From contig JAVECO010000190.1 in NCBI GenBank assembly GCA_051942205.1, forward strand, positions 1 to 42,338: 42,338 nt of DNA, in the 5' to 3' direction. The translations under genes and the position numbers were made by a program. Below, one piece after another: positions 12,801-22,800 of this stretch. The stretch comes from Coniocarpon cinnabarinum (taxonomy: Eukaryota). The notes beneath the pieces were generated by a model. That model made no database searches and had not been told where the DNA came from. It worked only from the letters and a program-made list of their open reading frames with translations. The first letter of the stretch is position 1. Every line of letters starts with the position of its first letter.

Positions 12801-13386
12801 AAGCATAGAAATTATTAAATAAGGTACTCTACTAGAGATACTTAGAAGAGATATTACTAATATTATAACCCTTAAAATTAAATATAAACCTATTAGATAC
12901 TAATACCACCTTAGGAACTAATCTATACTTAGCTATATAACAGACTATAGACTCTTAATCTTCCTCTAATGCTATATTACGATCTATAGTAGCTATAGCC
13001 TCTAACTCTACCTTTTCTAATTCTTTCTGTATCTTAGCTACCTCTACTAGCGCCTCGTCTGTATAATAATAAGTATCCTTCTTTTTTCTTTATAGCTCTA
13101 GAATACGATAACAAAACAATAATACTAAAGATAAGTTAGCGATATACACTTACTATATAAAAATAATAGCACTAGTATTACCTTTTTAATTGTCTAAGTA
13201 TAAATTATACCTCTTTCTATTATAAATATATAGCGAATATGTCGCCTTTCTCTAGGGAACTATATAATTAGAATATTAACTAGTATAATAGGAACAATAG
13301 GGTATCTTAGACCTAACAAGCTCTATAGTATTAGCATAATTTTTCTAGCGCTGCCTCTTATTAGGTACTTGTCTCTTTATAGGCAT
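12800..13386 (-). pseudogene. Antisense spliced Zn(II)2Cys6 / coiled-coil gene remnant inside Gypsy B
   Basis: Intact ATG at 13386 (MPIKRQVPNKRQR..). In frame, C-x2-C-x6-C-x8-C-x2-C-x6-C at 13296-13207, with the first Cys still TGT and the others TAT. Intron 13181-13125 (GTAATA..GCTAAC..TAG, 57 nt), then TDEALVEVAKIQKELEKVELEAIATIDRNIALEED. 3' end approximate. Confidence 0.8.
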
Positions 13387-13485
13387 AGTAGAGTACTTAC
13401 TAGAAATAAATAAAAAAAAAATTACTAGTAACTAAGAGGTAGTAGTAGTTTATAAGAATAGAAGTTAATTAAGAATAACTTAACT

Positions 13486-13498
13486 AGAAGAGAGGAGA
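13486..13498 (+). other. Polypurine tract of element B
   Basis: agaagagaggaga, 3 nt before the 3' LTR. Confidence 0.85.
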
Positions 13499-13501
13499 TT
13501 A

Positions 13502-13925
13502 TATTATAGCTTAGCCTTACGCTAAACTATAAGAGTACTAGGTAGGACTAGACTACTATATTTAACTAGCTTAATAAGACATCCTAATAGAATAGTATTA
13601 AGACCTATCCTAATAAGAATAATAGTAGGACTAGTAGGATAAAGGTACCGCTAATAAAGCTAGTAGGACCCTATAAAGAAAGGGACTTATAAAGAATATA
13701 TAGTTAGACTAAAGGCTACTCTTTAGAATAGACTTTAGTCTACTAACTTATAGTCTAAATATACTTTATTTATACTAGATTATAAGCTTTATACTTTACT
13801 AAAAACCCTTATTTCTAATCTAAAGAGACTTAAGAGCGAGTCCTCTAGCTCTAGAACCTCTAGCTCTCTTCCTAACCGTGTTGTAACAGGAAGCCACTAA
13901 GGGATTATCCCGACCCCGCGTAACA
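13502..13925 (+). repeat. 3' LTR of Gypsy B
   Basis: Direct repeat of 6546-6969; ends gcgtaaca followed by TSD atagt. Confidence 0.96.
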
Positions 13926-14510
13926 ATAGTACTAAGTATAAATTACCTTTTTTATAGTTACTAGCTTTTTATTCTTTTTTATGTTAATAATATTATTATA
14001 GCTTTTTATAAAAAGTACTAAAAAATTACTATAAACTTTAAAAAGTATATTAAATTAAAATTTAAACTTATAAATAAAAGAGTAGTTAAATTTTTTATAG
14101 GTATTAAAATTATTAAAAAGTATAACTTACTTTTTTTTTATAAAGGTTATATATTAAAAAGGTTACTTATTACTTTTATCTAGATAATAAATTATTAAAA
14201 TTCTTTTTTATATCTTTACTATATATAGCTATATTAGTAAAAGCTAATAAAAAACTTTTAATTTCTTAAAAGTAAGTATTTTAATAGTAAGTTAAGTATA
14301 TTAAATTTATAGTAACTACTACTTATTTAAATTTTATAAAAGTATATTTATTATTTAGTTACTTTTTATAAAAGCTATTAAGTACTTATATTTATTATAT
14401 TAAGATTATAATTTAATATTTATATAGTATATATTATTTTTTATTTTTATATTATTATAGCGCTATAACTATATAAAAAGTACTTAAATTTTATATTAAT
14501 ATATTATTTA

Positions 14511-14580
14511 TAAATTAGCTTAAATATAAATTAGCTTAAATATAAATTAGCTTAAATATAAATTAGCTTAAATATAAATT
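14511..14580 (+). repeat. Perfect 16-bp tandem repeat (taaattagcttaaata x4.4)
   Basis: Read directly; lies in the Copia RNase H region. Confidence 0.95.
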
Positions 14581-15073
14581 ATTATATAGCCTTATTTTTT
14601 TTTTAAGTATACTTATTAATTAAAAAGCCTTTATCTAAAATATAGTTATAATATTAACTATAAAAGCTAAGCTTTTTACTTTTTTAATACTTAGCTCTAC
14701 TTTTTATTAGTAAATTTAATTTTTTAAGATAATTAATCTTAATCTTAGTTATTAACTTTTAATTTATTATAATAACTTTAATATTATTTATATTACTTAG
14801 TTAAATAATAATACTATTATTATAAAGCTTTACTATATTAATATTTATTAGCTTTAAATATATTAAAAAATAAAAGTTAATAATTTTTTTATTTAATAAA
14901 TTAATATAAAAAATTAAATTACTAATAGTTTTATAAAGCTACTAAAATACTAGTAATTTAATTAATTTATTTATTACCTAAGTCTAACTTTTTAAATAAA
15001 AGATTATATAAAAATTAGCTAAATTTAATAAAATATAGTATCTTTTAATATCTTTAAAGGCTTTAAAAAGATA

Positions 15074-15225
15074 TATTAAAAAATCTAGTAGTTATAGGTT
15101 ATATAATATAATTACTATATATAAAAGATAATAAGATACCCTTTATTTCTAGAGGTCCTTAGACTTCTCGCTACTTAATAGATAGTCAACCAATCAATAA
15201 TTATTACCATATTTTTATTTAAACA
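15074..15225 (+). repeat. Probable 3' LTR of the Copia element
   Basis: Follows the end of RNase H and a purine run (aaaaaga), starts tattaa (RIP of TGTTG-like), ends aaaca at the AT/GC boundary. The partner LTR is not in the window. Confidence 0.45.
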
Positions 15226-16246
15226 TGACCTACGCGCTGCAAGAGGTTTAGCGCCGATCCTCGAAGCTTCCATCAAGACGAAGAGCTTCCATCGACTCAC
15301 ATCCGCGGACGCGTGCCATCCTTGGAGTGATATGAGCAACGTGTTAAGACCACGATATCGTCTAGGCTCTGCCGCCCTTCCAGTCTCCACGCGCCAAACC
15401 CTTAAACACGTGGAGTGGAAGTTCAGGCATCTTTCGCATGTATGGGCCAGCGTACAATATGGCCATGTCATACGTTGCCACGGCGGTCGTCGTCTCATGT
15501 GCGTGTGTGACTCGCGCATTTATGCACTGACATCAGTCGGCATCCTTCTCTTGCGTTCCCAGAGGATCCGTTTCAAGTTCCTTTGTGTTTTTTGGATGTT
15601 GGCAGCAATCCCTCATCCTATGCACCAAAGCAAAGGCTTCGTTGTACACTTCCGAGGACTTGTCAACAGGCCCAAGCCCCAAAAAAGAGCCCCTAAATTG
15701 ATGCCGTGCTCTCTGTAATGAATTCAGGCGGGGATGGTGTGACCATGCCAAGAGCCTTGCTTGTCTCCACGGTCTCCTCTACATGTATCCAAACCGATCT
15801 AAAACTTGATGGATGCTGGCTGGCTGTCAAATTCTGAAACGCAAGTCTGAGAGGCGCTGATAGATGGCCAAGAGGTGCACAGAGGATGGATCCTTTCCAA
15901 CGCGTTCGTCCCCGGTGCCATTGCGTCAATTCTCTAAGACCTGCCAGACACCCTTCAGCCGTAAGCAGCCCTGTGAAACGTCATCTCAATCAAAACTCTC
16001 CAGCTTTTGATTGCTTACTGACATTGACTCCTGTCCAACGCCAAATTCTTGTACCTGACAGATGTATGGGTCACATACGTGTCGTTCTGAACCCTCAGGC
16101 GATTCCTTAGACATAAAAGACTGCCAGGCTCTCACATCCGAGAGTCACATCCAACTAGTACACATCCATCAGATCTACTACATTTCATTTCACCGACACT
16201 TTCAGTACTTTGAACCATCTCAGTTGTAGTGTAGTGATCCCTCAAC

Positions 16247-17330
16247 ATGCCACCCATTCCCGCCAATGCCACTCTCATCAAGTCGACCGACGAAGTTTTC
16301 AAAGCCTTCAAGACGATCAACGCAGTCATACCCGAAGCGACGAAAGCCCTCAAGGCGAGCGGCGCGCTTGGGAAACATGTCATACCCACCATCTCAGAAG
16401 CTTATGTCTCCAAGAATGTCGATAAAATCACAGTCACGAAGACAATAACGCAGAAGACGATAGAGACGGTGACTCAAACTGTTCATCACGCAACTCTCGT
16501 CATACCTGAAGATGTGTATGATCGTAAGTTAAAACAACCACGAGCCTTTTCGTTTACCTTTGCACAAAACTTTTCCTTGTGTGGTTTCCTATGTTCTAGA
16601 ATCATGTTACCCCTGATTGTTACTGCAGTGCTAAAAAGTAGCAACAGGAGTCAAGGAAGCGGCTTCCGGATTCGCCAAAGAAATTGGCGAGGCAGTGAGC
16701 AAGTCACAAGAAGGCTCGTTCTGGGACATTAAGTCGCATTTCTCGACTCTATGGAGCTTCATCAAAGACATCGTGCTGATAATTTTTGCCGGCGTGATCA
16801 CCTGGATTGGCTGGACTCAATACGCTGAGGTGTCGAAAAAAGATCCCAAGGAAGACCCCGGCGATGTCAAGGAAGTCATCGACAAAGTGAATTCAGACGA
16901 AAAAGAGTGGGTTATTTTCAGACTCATGAAGAGCTTCTTCGGCTTTTTCGGGCCGAAGAAACAAGCAGAGAATTTAGAAAAGATCGATGAGGTGAGGAAG
17001 AAGCAGAAGGGAAAAGAGATTTCGCCAAGAGATTTGGAGGAAGCTAGTGAGAACTATGAAATGCGGGGCGGGTTGGGCGGAGCATCCAGCGACAGCGATC
17101 GCCCCAACAGCACCGCCAGCTCTGGCACCAAGAAGAAGCATAAGGGCATCACAAGTTGGGCAAAGGGCGTCCCAAGAGGTGGCTCAAATGGCTCTGATCC
17201 AGGTGCCCCCTTGGAGAGGCAGCCGACCGCATCGTCGACTTCCACTGGTGCCGACAAGCGCGCAGGCGGGAAGCAGCCAAGGAAGCGCGGGACAGGATCC
17301 GGCGAACCTGACAAGTCGAAGAATGAATAA
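16247..17330 (+). CDS. Unknown single-pass membrane protein, paralog 1 (~321 aa; exons 16247-16523, 16642-17330)
   Basis: GTAAGT donor at 16524, ctaaa branch-like site and TAG acceptor at 16641 (alternative in-frame CAG at 16647) join ORFs 16247 and 16695 in frame. Thr-rich N-terminal part, hydrophobic segment IVLIIFAGVITWIGW, charged/disordered tail; collinear similarity to 18797-19834. Confidence 0.82.
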
Positions 17331-18796
17331 TCTTGGCTCGGGATTCTCAGACGGTATTCGCATTTATCTAGCTGAACCCGGCCACCGGCTTCAACCCTGG
17401 ACTTGTTCATAGAGGAGGTGCTACTCGTCTTCTTCACGCGCTGAGACCTGTGTGTTGTGCACGCACACCTAGATAGCCGCCCGGTTGGTATTGGAAGAAC
17501 CTCCCATTGGAGCACACAGTGTCTTCTGCGCTCGACCATGCCAGACCTCAGCAAAGCACAAGAAGCTGCTGCAAAGCAGACGCCTGACCTGATGTTTTCC
17601 AGAATGACTTTCGACTGCTTGTATCATCCGAGCAAGTTTTGGACTGTACTAGACATTGAGAATACTGTGATGGTGGCCAGTGCGCATGACTGGGATTGTG
17701 TGATCGTCAAGATCAAGGCATCGCTAAGTCTGATGTGGTGACTGGAACACAACGAACGCAATTTCTCATAGTCACACCATTACACATGCCACGGGCAAGC
17801 GAGGCCGACTGTTGATGATTGTATGCCCTGGACAAGTTTCTGTGAAGATGGGGCGTATTGGATAATCATGCAGTACTAAGCGTAGAGATCAGCTCGAGGC
17901 TACGTTGTCCCGTCGATAAGGACTTGGTGTCGCATCGAGCACCTGTCGCGAACCAAAGTGATCCAACATTTTGAAACGTAGTGTGCTCAACATTTCGTGA
18001 GCAAAGAATTTTGAATACGTCTGCAATGTGGGATGTTCTCTTACTTGGGCAATGACGCGCCCATAGGGACAAGTTGACCTTCGTCGCAGCATAGACCTCA
18101 AACAGCGTGCAACCTTCATTTCTTCGAGCGCCTTGAGCCAGGGGCTGAGAAAGTGCCTCTAGTCTAATTTAGGACTCAAGCGCGGCCGTGACAACGGCAC
18201 GTGACTGTCTTGGTCTCCGTCTCATAAGACTCGAACAAGTTCTTTTCACGACCAAAATATGTGACAGGTGTCTATGATAATGTATCAAGCGTCTGCCAAT
18301 GAGCCATGCGGGTGACCACATGCATTCGTCTTTCCGGAAACTCTGCAATGCGCGCCTTGGCTAGAATACTGCTTCAGTGTTCTTTTGTTCTTATATGTGA
18401 ACCAATGGCTATTGGTTGGGTTTTTCGCGCAATCATGACAGGCATCACGGTCGACTGGACTCAGCTGATACCAGGCGAAATATCGATTCATTGGGCCTTG
18501 TAATGTTTGAAAATGCATGTCATCGCCCCCATCGCAAAATTCATCAGAATTGTTGAGAACTCAGTGATGCAAGAGCGCTTTCATCCCATTGGTGAATTGA
18601 CACGTAACTATACTGTGTCCTTAGTGAAGAACAGAAACGGCTGATTACTTAAATGCATGATCATCTACCAGCATTCCTTGCTCACTCTAATTATTTTTTA
18701 TCTGCAGTACGTGCCAGGTAGGTGTATTCATCGACTTTCAAACGCAATAAAGATCGAGTCGCCAGCTAATAACAACCACTTCGCCCCTCGTGCAGG

Positions 18797-19834
18797 ATGG
18801 CACCTGTCCCTGTCCCTACAACCAGTGCGGTCTGGACAGTCACTAACGCCGTCAACGACGTGATTGACTCTCCGAAGACGCGTGAACTTTTGAAATTGGG
18901 GAAACATCATCACGTAGCAAAGGTCACGGCTATTGTGACCTCGGACACAGTGACGGAAATCACGCGAAACGATCATCGAACATTCACAGAGATAGTCACG
19001 GAGACAGTTACTCACTGCCCTCCGCACGTGACAGTAACTTTGCCAACCGAGTTCTTGAAACGTAAGTGTGGGCTGCCATAAGCCTTTCTTGCTCCCATTC
19101 AGTAGATGTCTTGGCTGTCCCCGGCTTTCTCTCTCTACGACTGCTGCATCAAAGCCTGATATGATCGCTGACACGCAGCCATGATAGAGTTCGAGGAGGC
19201 AGTAAATAAGAAGGAACCTTTCTGGGATGCCACAACTGTCACGAAAATAGTACCTGTGATCCAAGCTGGGGTGGTAGCAGTTGTGTCGGCCTTCGTCGCC
19301 TCTCGTTTTGGCAAGCAATTGTGGGAAGGGTCAGCAAAGAAGCCAGATCCCAAGGACCCCAACGTTCAAGAGCTTGTCAAGGGCCAGGAGGACCCAGAAA
19401 AGCAGATCGTTACGGATGCGACCGAAGGAGTGGCCAAGGCACTCGGAGCGAAAGATCACGCAGGGAATATCGAGCAAATAAAGAAGATGGCGGCCGAGCA
19501 GAACTCAGGGCAGCAATCGGGACCCGGCTCAGGCAACGGCAATGGCAATGGCAATGGCAAAGGCAGCCCCAAAATGAGTGGGGCATTGCCGGCGAATGAA
19601 ATCTCATCCGAGGGAAACGGGCAGAGTGATAGCGACAAGTCCGGTGTCGGAGGTAAGGTGAAGAAGTGGGTGAAAGCTGTCAAGCCAAGCAGCGCCCATG
19701 GCTCCGACATAGAGCTTCAGAGGCAAGAGACCTTCTCATCGTCGACGACCACGAGTGCCGAGCAGAGCGGATCCCAGAATAAGCCGACACAACGGCGCCC
19801 TGGAAAGAAGTCCAATGATGCCAACGAGCCTTAG
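18797..19834 (+). CDS. Unknown single-pass membrane protein, paralog 2 (~306 aa; exons 18797-19061, 19179-19834)
   Basis: GTAAGT donor at 19062, GCTGAC branch, CAG acceptor at 19178; phase-1 intron joins ORFs 18797 and 19181 in frame. Hydrophobic segment IVPVIQAGVVAVVSAFVA; (GN)n tract from a ggcaat repeat. Confidence 0.85.
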
Positions 19835-22800
19835 GGGTAGTAACGCAGCGTCTTCCACTTTGTATGGATCTCCAAAGACGCGCCAGTAGTTAGCATCGTC
19901 GATATCACTGTGGCTAGCTCGAGACAGATGAATTGCAATACATGTTCTTTGCGCTGAGCTCGCGTCCTTTATATGACCATAATGCTGTGCAGTCCGATGC
20001 CAGAGGAGGATGGCGTGCTCAGCGACCTTGCCGTCTTTCTGTGCAGCGCATGTTTGTTGCGAATCTTCCGAATTCATTGCTAAAGTTTTCGCACGAACTG
20101 TCCGTCGTTCGAACGTCATCATGATGTTCGGAAATGGATAGGTATATACCCATCTTGAAGCTATTTGAATGGAATAACTGGCCGGCACAGGTAGCCGCGC
20201 TTGGCGTAGGATAGGGGTGGAGCAGCACGTGACTAGATACATTTTCGCCACGCAAAGAACACGGCAAGGGCCCAGGACAAAAGTCGTTGCCGGATCTCAC
20301 CCTAGGCGACGAGCCTGTACGATAAGCATGATGCAGGTCACAAACCTTCGAGTACAACGGCGAAGGGTCATTGTCAGCGAAAGGACACTGAATTACAGTG
20401 CGGCAATGACTACCCTACGAAACCCTTGCGGCTTTCACTTCCTCAGGAAAATACGAGCGTGTTATGTCCACGCAATATTCGCCAGCAGCGCATCGCGTTG
20501 TTGCCATGTTTTATCGGATATCAGACTTTCCCGTCCGGGTATTACACAACTGTGAAAGCACATTTTCATCATTGCACTCATTCAACGCTACTCAGAGGAT
20601 GATACGGTCGTGAATGCAAATCTCTGCTTCACTTCCCGCTCAGCAGCTTCGCGCTAGAAAGTGGTGATCCTGCCGTTGAACTAAAGGAGGGCGAGCGAAA
20701 ACGCCCACGTAATTGCTTCGCGGTGCACCACCCCTAATGAACAGGCGTCCGCCCCCAAACCTAACCCCTGAATTTAGGGCTTACCCCATAATAGACCCCG
20801 CAACGTGGCGACAAACTTACTTCACGACTGTTGCACCAACCTCCTCGCTAGCCCCTAATAACAACAGTCGATTATACATGAAATGTCTCCGCACGCCGTT
20901 GGGGCTGGGCATCTGAGTTTGAACTCTTTTTGACCCAACGCTGCTGGCGTTGATCGCACTCTAGCTAAACTCAACAGACGCTCGCATGCGCACAACGACT
21001 GACGCCACGAGCCGGGCAGTTGGGCGCTGGATGTGCAGCCCAACGTTTGCGATTGTGGATCGCAGCTGACGGTGCAGATCATGAAGGTGTCGCTCCCCTC
21101 CAGGGCGCGGATGAGCACTCTCGCACCTTGACACACTATCCGCATGATTTGGTGCTCTGGGGAGTTGAATCTGGCTTGTACTAAAATCGTCACTAGTACA
21201 TCGTTTTCGTGTGCTGAAACATATTACGGCGCTTTGCTTGCAGCGTGCAGCACCGCTCATCAATACTTCCGCGAAAGAGTAACGAGAAAGGCAAAGAGAC
21301 ATCATTACTTCCTCATACTTAGCAGAAGCCCAAACGAGCTCGTATGCAGGCAAAATGACCTAGAGTTTGCACCCTTTGACGCTGTACTCGTAACAAAGCG
21401 ATATAGCACCGATCCTGCGGTGTCAAATCCTGTTTGAATCCCCACCAGCACATATAGCTTCAAGCTCGTCCATTGCACCACTGCAGCAACCTCACTTCCC
21501 CAGTTCCACCGAGACTGAAGAATTGCTGAGCTGCCATTTTGCACATACCTAACGACGATTGCAAGCTTTTCGAACTTCCTTTGAAAAATACTTGGTCAAG
21601 CCACACTCCTTGCTTGCAAAACAGGCAGCTCTGAGGAGCTTTTATAATGAACAAGCTTGGGACCAATCAAAAACTATACAGACCGGCAGTCAACTTCGCG
21701 GCAGCCAATATCGGTTTTTGCCGTAACTGACAGTGGAAGTGTGCATGGCGTTTGCAAAATACTTCCCAAGTTTGATCTCCGGCACAATGGCATCGCAAAG
21801 TGATTGTAAAAGGCGACCAATCCTTGAATTGGAGAATGTCGGTCGACGTCAATTAGATTTAGCTAGCCATATCTGACCGATGATCGCAGGGGATTTTCCA
21901 TCTGCGGTCGTGATTCCAGCAATGTGCACCGACGGAATCGAAGCAAGACGAGGAAACGAACTCCCATTTGCGGCTCTTTGGCTGTCTTATACTGGAAGCG
22001 ATTGGATCATGATATGTCATGCTTGCAGATTCGACAACAAGGGTGGTACGATCCCAATCTGCAAAGCTGATGTGATACGGATCGGAAGACGGTACAGAAT
22101 ACATATGAATGGGGCAGTTCTCACCGTCCGGTCAGCCTCTATGAAAGGGCCGATAGCTTACTACCGAATCCGCGGCGGAACCAACGAGTAAGTGGATCGA
22201 GGGGTTGCCAGGATTACTTGACGCTGCTGAACAGGGATAAGCAATGAGTTTGCCTGACCGGTCCGGAGTCATGGTCTAGCAGTTTCTGCAGTCAAACGGT
22301 AATCGTGCGCGCTTGCTCACGTGCGATGGTAGCTGAAAGTATCTTTCCGTAGCTCATTACGCTGGGACTTTCAACGGGCGTCTGGTGATCCGAAACTCTG
22401 TCGATCCATACCCTTGACATCTAAGAAACGGCTGTGTGTTTTCTCACAGTCTAACCTATGTCCGGCTTGACTAAACCGCGTTCGTGATGCGAACACATCT
22501 GCACGGCCATCAGACTCGTTCCGAAGAAGCGTCGAGACAAACACGTTAGCGAGGACAACATTGGGGAAATTTGTGCGCATCGACTCCCCGTGTGTCGAAG
22601 CTGCGTCGTAGTCTAGTCGCGCAAACATCCCCGAGCACTCCAACAAGATTTCATGAGGCGGTGCATCGTCTTCAGACGTTGAAGCGTCCAAATCCGGCCC
22701 CTTGAAGCCAGAATGCGCTGCCAGACCAAGCTACACGTGCATGCAGGCCACTCGCAGCATACGTGCCCCGTGCCAACGCGTCGGGAGGAGCACAGCAAGA

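Larger units (their letters stand above)
6546..13925 (+). mobile_element. Full-length Ty3/Gypsy chromovirus element B (7380 bp), RIP-inactivated
   Basis: Two 424-bp LTRs with outer termini TGTTAC...GTAACA, TSD ATAGT at 6541-6545 and 13926-13930, internal gag-PR-RT-RH-IN-chromodomain motifs. Confidence 0.97.
1..15225. other. AT-rich, RIP-degenerated transposon block
   Basis: Very high A+T, strong TpA excess, near absence of CpA/TpG, no ORF in the track before 15175. Retroelement motifs become readable after reversing C>T/G>A changes. Abrupt switch to balanced GC at about 15225. Confidence 0.97.
3667..15225 (+). mobile_element. Ty1/Copia host element, RIP-inactivated, interrupted at 5698-6229 and 6546-13925
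   Basis: Integrase precedes RT. RIP-reverted motifs: NLP..FWP...TAVYLLNRTP (~4795-4860), GY..TNIF.IW and RDVIF (~5020-5100), QYDVVNAFLNA (~6355), LYGLRKSPKLWY (~6467), KFFLGIEI (~14088), TVTTSTTEAE (~14642), ADG.TK.L (~14921). The 5' part is presumably outside the window. Confidence 0.85.

Noticed and set aside
14511..14580. Tandem repeat as a CRISPR-like array
   Set aside because: No spacers, eukaryotic context, no cas genes.
15175..16130. Short ORFs at the TE boundary as candidate effectors
   Set aside because: No signal peptide, codon bias or splice support; overlapping frames on both strands look random.
20757..20786. Telomere-like words (cctaacccc / ttagggc) as a telomerase RNA template or interstitial telomere
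   Set aside because: No exact TAACCCTAA template, no tandem array and no pseudoknot elements that I could identify.
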